From Candidatus Annandia adelgestsuga (GTDB lineage: Bacteria > Pseudomonadota > Gammaproteobacteria > Enterobacterales > Enterobacteriaceae_A): DNA of 32,000 bases. The notes below the pieces were generated by a model, which saw nothing but the letters and a program-made list of their open reading frames with translations, was not told the DNA's origin and made no database searches. Position numbers and translations under genes: made by a program. Below are positions 8,749-16,952 of this stretch, in pieces (positions within the stretch are counted from its first letter, which is position 1; every line of letters begins with the position of its first letter). The DNA lies in NCBI RefSeq assembly GCF_003956045.1, contig NZ_CP026513.1:95655-127654 (forward strand). The letters run 5' to 3'.

Positions 8749-11166
8749 TTGTATAAAAAATATGATTCTTCTAATATTAAAATATTGAAAGGTTTAGATG
8801 CGGTTAGAAAAAGACCAGGTATGTATATAGGAGATACTGATAATGGTACTGGTTTACATCATATGATTTTTGAAGTATTAGATAATTCTATAGATGAATC
8901 CTTAGCTGGTTATTGCAATAAAATTGTAATAACAATTTATAAAGATAATTCAATATCTATATATGATAATGGTCGTGGTATTCCTGTTGATATTCATAAA
9001 GAAGAAGGGATTTCAGCTGTAGAAGTTATTATGACAATTTTACATGCTGGAGCAAAGTTTGATAATAATTCTTATAAAATTTCTGGAGGATTGCATGGTG
9101 TAGGTATTTCTGTAGTAAATGCATTATCTGAAAAATTAGAATTAATTATTTATAATAAAAATAAAATGTATAAACAAATATATTATAATGGAATTCCTAA
9201 AACATCATTAATTTTTATTAATAAAACTTTAAAAAATGGTACTTATATAAGATTTTGGCCAAATAAAATAATATTTAATAAAAATTTTATATTTGAAAAT
9301 AATATTATAAAAAAACGTTTATTAGAATTATCTTTTTTGAATAGTAATATTAAATTAATATTTTATAATAAAAAAAAAAAAATAAAAAAAATTTATTATG
9401 ATAATGAAGGTATTGAAGGGTTTATTAAATATTTAAATAAAAATAATAATATAATAAATAAAAAAATATTTTATTTTTGTTCTAAAAAAAATGATATTTC
9501 AATAGAAATTGCTATGCAATGGAATGATAATTTTAAAGAAAAAATATATTGTTTTACTAATAATATTTTTCAAATTTATGGTGGTTCACATTTATCAGGT
9601 TTTAGATCTTCTATTACAAGAAATTTAAATATTTATATTAAAAAAGAAAAAATAAATAAAAAAAAAAAAATAAATATAATAGGAGATGATATTCGTGAAG
9701 GTTTAGTATCAATAATTTCAGTAAAATTATCAAATCCAAAATTTTCCTCACAAACAAAAGAAAAATTGATATCTTCTGAAGTAAGACATGTAATTGAATC
9801 ACAAATAAATGAATATTTTATGGAATATTTATTAGAAAACCCTAATGATTCTAAAAATATTATTTATAAAATAATAGAAACTGCAAAAATAAGAGAAACA
9901 ACAAAAAAAATAAAAGAATTATCAAAAAAAAAAAATGATTTAAATATAATGGGGTTACCTTTAAAATTATCTGATTGTCAAGAAAAAAATCCATCTTTAT
10001 CAGAAATATATTTAGTTGAAGGTGATTCTGCTGGTGGTTCTGCAAAACAAGGAAGAAATAGACAAAATCAAGCAATTTTACCGTTAAAAGGAAAAATTTT
10101 AAATGTAGAAAAAGTTAATTTTGAAAAAATATTAAATTCAGAAGAAATATTAACAATAATAAATTCATTAGGGTGTGGTATTGGAAAAAATAATTATAAT
10201 ATAAAAAAGTTAAGATATAATCGTATTATAATTATGACTGATGCCGATGTAGACGGATTACATATAAGAACTTTATTATTAACTTTTTTTTATCGTCAAA
10301 TTCCAGAAATAATAAAATTAGGATATGTATATATAGCACAACCACCATTGTATAAAATTAAAAAAGGAAAAAAAATAAAATATATTCAAAACAATAAATC
10401 TATGTATGATTATATATTTTCTATTTCATTAAATAATATAACTCTTAAAATTATAAATAAAAATGGTAGTATTTATAATATAGAAAACAATGAATTAAAA
10501 GAATTAATTGTTAATTATAATAAATTATATTATATTATTGATAATTTAAAACATTTATTTTCTAAAAAAATATTAATATATTTAATACAACAATCAAATT
10601 TAAGTAATTTAAAAAAATTAGATGATGTTAAAAAATGGGTTTTAAATTTTAAAAAATTTTTAAATATTAAAAATAAAAAAAAATTTAAATTAAGTATAAA
10701 AAAAAATATACATTTAAATGTATTTGAACCAATATTATGTATAATAAAAAATAATAAATTTAATAAATATTATAAATTTGATTATAAATTTTTATTAAGT
10801 AAAAATTATTTAAAAATGTGTATTTTAAATAATAAAATAAAAAAAATTAAAAATAATGTAGCAATTATTATTAAAATTAAAAAACAAAAAAAAATATTTT
10901 ATAAAATGAAAAATGTTATACAATTTATTTTAAAAAAATCTTTAAATAATATTTCTATACAAAGATATAAAGGGTTAGGAGAAATGAATCCTAAACAATT
11001 ATGGGATACTACTATGAATCCTAATAAAAGAAAAATGTTAAAAATAAATATTAAAAATGCTATATCCGCTGATAAATTATTTAAAAAATTAATGGGTGAT
11101 TCAGTAAAAAAAAGAAAAAATTTCATAAAAAAAAATTATTTTTTAGCATCTAATATTGATATTTAA
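8749..11166 (+). CDS. gyrB: DNA gyrase subunit B
   Basis: 805 aa. The start is TTG, since no in-frame ATG lies upstream of the conserved N-terminus YDSSNIKILKGLDAVRKRPGMYIGDTDNGTGLHHMIFEVLDNSIDE. Toprim motifs EIYLVEGDSAGGSAKQGR and IMTDADVDGLHIRTLLLTFF are present. The C-terminus has QRYKGLGEMNPKQLWDTTMNP and ends NIDI as in E. coli. Confidence 0.97.
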   Translation: MYKKYDSSNIKILKGLDAVRKRPGMYIGDTDNGTGLHHMIFEVLDNSIDESLAGYCNKIVITIYKDNSISIYDNGRGIPVDIHKEEGISAVEVIMTILHAGAKFDNNSYKISGGLHGVGISVVNALSEKLELIIYNKNKMYKQIYYNGIPKTSLIFINKTLKNGTYIRFWPNKIIFNKNFIFENNIIKKRLLELSFLNSNIKLIFYNKKKKIKKIYYDNEGIEGFIKYLNKNNNIINKKIFYFCSKKNDISIEIAMQWNDNFKEKIYCFTNNIFQIYGGSHLSGFRSSITRNLNIYIKKEKINKKKKINIIGDDIREGLVSIISVKLSNPKFSSQTKEKLISSEVRHVIESQINEYFMEYLLENPNDSKNIIYKIIETAKIRETTKKIKELSKKKNDLNIMGLPLKLSDCQEKNPSLSEIYLVEGDSAGGSAKQGRNRQNQAILPLKGKILNVEKVNFEKILNSEEILTIINSLGCGIGKNNYNIKKLRYNRIIIMTDADVDGLHIRTLLLTFFYRQIPEIIKLGYVYIAQPPLYKIKKGKKIKYIQNNKSMYDYIFSISLNNITLKIINKNGSIYNIENNELKELIVNYNKLYYIIDNLKHLFSKKILIYLIQQSNLSNLKKLDDVKKWVLNFKKFLNIKNKKKFKLSIKKNIHLNVFEPILCIIKNNKFNKYYKFDYKFLLSKNYLKMCILNNKIKKIKNNVAIIIKIKKQKKIFYKMKNVIQFILKKSLNNISIQRYKGLGEMNPKQLWDTTMNPNKRKMLKINIKNAISADKLFKKLMGDSVKKRKNFIKKNYFLASNIDI

Positions 11167-11169
11167 TAA

Positions 11170-11242
11170 TGCCCGAAGGTGGAATTGAACCACCGACACG
11201 GGGATTTTCAGTCCCCTGCTCTACCAACTGAGCTATTCGGGC
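11170..11242 (-). tRNA. pheU: tRNA-Phe (anticodon GAA), 73 nt, no encoded 3' CCA
   Basis: The reverse complement is GCCCGAATAGCTCAGTTGGTAGAGCAGGGGACTGAAAATCCCCGTGTCGGTGGTTCAATTCCACCTTCGGGCA. It folds as a 7-bp acceptor stem, D-arm GCTC/GAGC, anticodon stem GGGGA/TCCCC with loop CTGAAAA, and T-arm GGTGG/CCACC. It is near-identical to E. coli tRNA-Phe. The symbol pheU is by synteny only (upstream of groES). Confidence 0.95.
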
Positions 11243-11301
11243 TTATTTATATTAAAAAATTAAATACTATTTAATATCAATTATTTTATATATTTTTATA
11301 T

Positions 11302-11330
11302 CTTGAAAAATATAATTTTAATTATATAAT
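11302..11330 (+). promoter_or_regulatory. candidate groESL promoter (a sigma-32-like CTTGAAA -35 element, also readable as a sigma-70 TTGAAA-16 bp-TATAAT)
   Basis: CTTGAAA lies at 11302-11308 and TATAAT at 11325-11330. AATTATATA at 11320-11328 matches the AT.TA part of the sigma-32 -10 consensus CCCCATNTA. The site is about 60-90 nt upstream of the groES ATG. In sequence this AT-rich, -10-like hexamers occur by chance, so this is weak. Confidence 0.3.
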
Positions 11331-11389
11331 TATAAAATATATACTAATTTTATAAAAATGTCAAAATTAATTTTAAAAAGGAAATTAAC

Positions 11390-11680
11390 ATGAAAATTCG
11401 CCCATTACATGATAAAATTATAGTTAAACGTCAAGATGTTGAATCTTCTTCTGCTGGAGGTATTTTATTAACTGGTTCTGCTGCTGGAAAATCTACTAGA
11501 GGTAAAGTTATTGCTATAGGAAAAGGAAGAATATTAGATAATGGTAGAATAAGACAATTAGATGTAAAAGTTAATGATGTTGTTATTTTTAATGAAGGTT
11601 ATAATTCTAAAACAGAAAAAATTAATAATGAAGAATTTTTAATTATTTCGGAAAATGATGTATTAGCAATTATAGAATAA
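11390..11680 (+). CDS. groES: co-chaperonin GroES
   Basis: 96 aa, reading [14 protein letters not shown]....[32 protein letters not shown]. An AAGGAAA Shine-Dalgarno is upstream. The gene is visibly richer in G+C than its surroundings. Confidence 0.98.
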   Translation: MKIRPLHDKIIVKRQDVESSSAGGILLTGSAAGKSTRGKVIAIGKGRILDNGRIRQLDVKVNDVVIFNEGYNSKTEKINNEEFLIISENDVLAIIE

Positions 11681-11719
11681 AATATATTTAAAAAAAAATA
11701 ATTTATTTAAGGAATTTAA

Positions 11720-13366
<1,647 letters not shown>

Positions 13367-13399
13367 TTTTTTTATAAAAAAAATAATATTATTAAAAAA

Positions 13400-13435
13400 A
13401 TATCCTTTTATGTTTTAATAAAAGGATATTTTTTT
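13400..13435 (+). terminator. rho-independent terminator downstream of groEL
   Basis: A perfect 11-bp stem, ATATCCTTTTA (13400-13410) pairing with TAAAAGGATAT (13419-13429), encloses an 8-nt loop and is followed by a T-run to 13435. An A-run precedes the stem, so it could act in both directions. It begins 34 nt after the groEL stop. Confidence 0.6.
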
Positions 13436-13622
13436 AAAAAAAATAATTTAAATATTAATTTTAAAAATTATATATTATAAAAAAAATAATTATTGAAACC
13501 ATATAATTTTTAAAATTTTTAAAAAAAAATATTTGTATATTTAAAATTATGTAATTTATTAAATTAAAAAAATAATTAATAAAATTTTAAAAAAAATTAA
13601 AATTTAAAATTTAAAATATTTT

Positions 13623-13924
13623 AATATTAAATATTTTTTATTATAAAAATTTAATTTTAAAAAATATTATAATTTTAAACAATATTATAAATAAAAAATA
13701 ATTTAAAAAACAAAAATATAATATGTATTGTAATAGTTACATAATAATATTTTTATAGATGTAAAAATTAATAAATTTATTATATTAAAAGTAATTAAAT
13801 TTTAGAAAAAATATAATATTAAATATTTTTTATAAATTAATAATGTTATTATTAAAGTTTTATTTTATAAAAAAAACAAAAATATTTATTATAAAAAATA
13901 TTAATTTAAATAAATATTTTTTAT
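13623..13924 (+). repeat. dispersed direct repeat AAATATTTTTTAT (3 perfect copies; two extend to the 19-mer AATATTAAATATTTTTTAT)
   Basis: The 13-mer lies at 13629-13641, 13821-13833 and 13912-13924. The 19-mer lies at 13623-13641 and 13815-13833. All copies are on the same strand and inside the 650-bp non-coding spacer. The low-complexity background reduces the significance. Confidence 0.4.
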
Positions 13925-13982
13925 TTTTAAAAATAATAATTAATAATTAAATATTAATTATTTTATTATAATTTTAAATTTT

Positions 13983-14032
13983 AAATGATAATAAATAATT
14001 ATATTTAAAATTTTAATTATTTATTATCATTT
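13983..14032. repeat. perfect 19-bp inverted repeat spanning the stop codon of the channel gene
   Basis: AAATGATAATAAATAATTA (13983-14001) and its exact reverse complement TAATTATTTATTATCATTT (14014-14032) are separated by a 12-nt loop. The right arm contains the last codons and the TAA stop (complement of 14017-14019) of the minus-strand ORF. No U-tract follows on either strand. Confidence 0.5.
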
Positions 14033-16689
14033 TTAATTATTAAAAAAGGAAAAGGTATGTTAATGTTATTATCTTTAAAATATTTTAAAATTATCATATT
14101 TAATGAATGTTTTAATAATATTCTATGTTTTAATTTAGATGTATAAACTCTCATTTCAAATAATTGAAAACCTTTTTGAAAATTTATTAAAAAAATTTTT
14201 GGTTTAGGTTTTTTTAAAACAAAATTGCATTTTTTAGAAGAATTTATTAAAATTTTAATTATTTTATTACTATTTATTTTAATTGGTGCAAAAATATTTA
14301 TTTTTAATCTTGTTATAGAATCTGATAAAGACCAATTAATAAAATGTTCAATTATAAAAAATTTATTTGGAATAATAATTTCTCTATGATCTAAATCTAT
14401 AATAGTTGTTGATCTTGTATTAATACTTTTTATATTACCAGAAAAATTTTTAATAGTTATAGTATCTCCAATACGTATTGGTTTTTCAAATAATATAATT
14501 AAACCAGAAATAAAATTTGCAAATATTTCTTGTAAACCAAAACCTAATCCAACTCCTAAAGCGGTAAATAACCATTGTAATTTTATTAATTTTAATCTTA
14601 ATATTGTAATAATAATAAAAAATAAAAGTAAAAATGAAATTTTTTTAGTTAAATTTATAATATTATATTGTGTACTAGAAATTAAATTTAAATATCTTAA
14701 TAATAATATTTCTAATAATAAAGAAATGTTATTAATTAATTGAAATATAATAATTATAATAAATATTATTAATAATATTAATTCTGATTTTAATGGTTCA
14801 AATATTTTATAATTTATATATTTTATATTTTTAATTTCATGAAATAATTTTATATTATTTAAAAAACTTAAATTAATATATGTTTTATACCAAACAAAAT
14901 ATATTAAAATTAAATTTAAAATAACTAAAAAAAATTTAATTAATTTTATTATTTTATTTTTATTATTTTCTGTATCAATAATATTTTTTTTTATATTTAA
15001 TTTTTTTTTATTTTTTTTATTATTTTTAATTTTTATAAAATTAAATATATTTATTAAAATAATTAAATTCAATTTATAATTAATATTATAAAAATATTTT
15101 TTAATTATTATATTTTTTAAAATTATAAATATAATTAAAATTGTTAACCAAAATAATAATGATATTAATATTTTTATTAATAATTCTTGTACAGTAGATA
15201 TATAACCATAAAATATTAATATTATAAATAATATAAATATAATTAATATTATATTCCATAAATTTTGATTAATTATAAAATTTTCTTTTAAATTTTTATT
15301 TAAATATAATGGTATATTATTTTTTTTTAAATTAAATATTAATATATTTAAATACATACAAATTAAAATTAAAAAAAATCTATTTAAAATTTTAATAAAA
15401 TAAAAATATTTTAAAAAAAAAATTAATATAAATAAAATAAATAAAGGAATAAAAAATCTTAAAAAAAATAAATAATAATATTTTTTTTTATTTTCAAAAA
15501 TAAAAATTGAAAATTTAATTTTTTTTATTAAATATTTATTTTTTTTTATTATATAATAAAAAATATGTAATATTAAATAAATTATAATTAAAACTTTTAA
15601 AAAATTAATAATAAAAAAATATTTTTTATTAAAATATAAATATTGAATATAACATAAAAAATTCCATATTAATGTTATTAATATAGAAAAAATGAAAATA
15701 TTTAAAATAGTATTAAATAATAAAATTATATTAATTTTAAATAATGTAAATAATTTATTTATTATAAATAAATTATTTTGACTTAAATATTTTAATAATA
15801 TAAAAAAAATAATAATAAATAATAATAATATTATGTTATTATTAAATATAATATTTAAAAAACATATATATTTTAATGGATATAATAAAATAATTAAATA
15901 AATATAAAAATTAAATAAATAATTATAATTAATATAAAATAAATCTTTTTTCCAAAACAAACATTTATATTTATAATTATTTATTATAAATTTGTAATTA
16001 TTTATTTTTTTATATTGTAATTTTAATAATTTGAAATTTAAATTTAAATTATTATAACCAGCTAATAGCAATTTAAATTGTTTTTTTTTTATTTTTTTTT
16101 GATAATATAAAATATCTTTTTTATTAATTTTAGAAATTTTATATTTATTAATATTTTTAAAAAATATTTTTTGTTTTAAATTTATTTTTTTTTTTTTAAT
16201 ATTATATATAATAAAAAAAACTTTATTTATCACAAAATTTAAATAATATAATTTATTTATTTTTTTTTTAATTTTAATTTTTAAAAAATCTAAATTGTTT
16301 CTATTTTTATAATTAATAATATTATAAATTAATTTATTTAATTGATTTATAATAATTGAATTATTTTTAATATAATTTTTAATTTTATTATTATAAATAT
16401 ACTGTTGTATAATTTTTTTTTCTATTTTATTTGTATTAAATAATTCATTTTTAATAGATAAATTAAAATTACTATTTTTAATTAATTCAATATAATTTAT
16501 TTTATTATTATATTTTTTATCAAATGTTTTTATTTTACTAAAATATTTTTTTTTATCTACATAATATATGTTATATATATTATAAAATTTAATTAAATTA
16601 ATTTTATAATTTTTAAAATCAATTAAAATATTTAAAATTAATATAATAAAAATAATGTTAATTAGAAATATTATTTTTTTTTTAATCAC
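14017..16689 (-). CDS. mscM: MscS-family mechanosensitive channel of the large MscK/MscM (KefA/YjeP) type
   Basis: 890 aa with a GTG start immediately after an in-frame stop. The C-terminal ~270 aa carry the MscS pore and beta-domain signature (KLQWLFTALGVGLGFGLQEIFANFISGLIILFEKPIRIGDTITI...TRSTTIIDLDHREIIIPNKFFIIEHFINWSLSDSITR). The N-terminal ~600 aa consist of a signal/TM segment, a K/N-rich region and about 10 hydrophobic segments, as in MscK/MscM. The symbol mscM is chosen from synteny (minus strand, downstream of groEL, before tRNA-Gly GCC, as I recall for E. coli yjeP), and mscK cannot be excluded. Confidence 0.8.
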   Translation of the reverse strand: MIKKKIIFLINIIFIILILNILIDFKNYKINLIKFYNIYNIYYVDKKKYFSKIKTFDKKYNNKINYIELIKNSNFNLSIKNELFNTNKIEKKIIQQYIYNNKIKNYIKNNSIIINQLNKLIYNIINYKNRNNLDFLKIKIKKKINKLYYLNFVINKVFFIIYNIKKKKINLKQKIFFKNINKYKISKINKKDILYYQKKIKKKQFKLLLAGYNNLNLNFKLLKLQYKKINNYKFIINNYKYKCLFWKKDLFYINYNYLFNFYIYLIILLYPLKYICFLNIIFNNNIILLLFIIIFFILLKYLSQNNLFIINKLFTLFKINIILLFNTILNIFIFSILITLIWNFLCYIQYLYFNKKYFFIINFLKVLIIIYLILHIFYYIIKKNKYLIKKIKFSIFIFENKKKYYYLFFLRFFIPLFILFILIFFLKYFYFIKILNRFFLILICMYLNILIFNLKKNNIPLYLNKNLKENFIINQNLWNIILIIFILFIILIFYGYISTVQELLIKILISLLFWLTILIIFIILKNIIIKKYFYNINYKLNLIILINIFNFIKIKNNKKNKKKLNIKKNIIDTENNKNKIIKLIKFFLVILNLILIYFVWYKTYINLSFLNNIKLFHEIKNIKYINYKIFEPLKSELILLIIFIIIIIFQLINNISLLLEILLLRYLNLISSTQYNIINLTKKISFLLLFFIIITILRLKLIKLQWLFTALGVGLGFGLQEIFANFISGLIILFEKPIRIGDTITIKNFSGNIKSINTRSTTIIDLDHREIIIPNKFFIIEHFINWSLSDSITRLKINIFAPIKINSNKIIKILINSSKKCNFVLKKPKPKIFLINFQKGFQLFEMRVYTSKLKHRILLKHSLNMIILKYFKDNNINIPFPFLIIKNDNK

Positions 16690-16766
16690 TTAGTTAAATC
16701 TCTAAATATTAAATTAATATAATATTTATTTATAATATAAATTTAAAATATTATTTTTATAAATAC

Positions 16767-16798
16767 TTGATATAAAAACAATTATATTATAATATAAT
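16767..16798 (+). promoter_or_regulatory. candidate sigma-70 promoter for tRNA-Gly, possibly reading through into leuABCD
   Basis: TTGATA lies at 16767-16772. TATAAT hexamers lie at 16788-16793 (15-bp spacer) and 16793-16798 (20-bp spacer), just upstream of the tRNA 5' end at 16806. Spacing is non-optimal and the background is AT-rich, so this is weak. Confidence 0.25.
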
Positions 16799-16805
16799 TA
16801 TTATT

Positions 16806-16878
16806 GCGGGAATAGCTCAATTGGTAGAGCACAACCTTGCCAAGGTTGAGGTTGCGAGTTCAAATCTCGTTTCCCGCT
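16806..16878 (+). tRNA. glyV: tRNA-Gly (anticodon GCC), 73 nt, no encoded 3' CCA
   Basis: The sequence is GCGGGAATAGCTCAATTGGTAGAGCACAACCTTGCCAAGGTTGAGGTTGCGAGTTCAAATCTCGTTTCCCGCT. It forms a cloverleaf with anticodon loop TTGCCAA and is near-identical to E. coli tRNA-Gly(GCC). It is followed by TTT, not CCA. The symbol is by synteny only. Confidence 0.95.
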
Positions 16879-16952
16879 TTTATAAATTTAAAATATAATA
16901 AAATAAAATAATATTTAATATATTAAATATCAATTTTAAGGATTATAATATA

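Noticed and set aside
9860-10075. 71-aa ORF on the minus strand
   Set aside because: It is antisense to the conserved Toprim region of gyrB. Its F/L-rich translation is the mirror image of gyrB's K/E/N codons. It is a shadow ORF.
10899-11126. 75-aa ORF on the minus strand
   Set aside because: It is antisense to the conserved gyrB C-terminus (QRYKGLGEMNP region), so it is a shadow ORF.
13843-13950. 35-codon ORF (MLLLKFYFIKKTKIFIIKNINLNKYFLFLKIIINN), the longest ORF in the 650-bp spacer
   Set aside because: It has no Shine-Dalgarno. Its composition is indistinguishable from a random translation of A/T sequence, and its length is within chance expectation. It is not reportable as a gene without conservation or expression data.
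16879-16952. Search for a leuL-type leader peptide or attenuator upstream of leuA
   Set aside because: The 74-bp gap holds no ATG-initiated mini-ORF with Leu codons and no G/C-containing stem-loops. The attenuator appears to be genuinely absent. This is reported as a finding, not as a feature.
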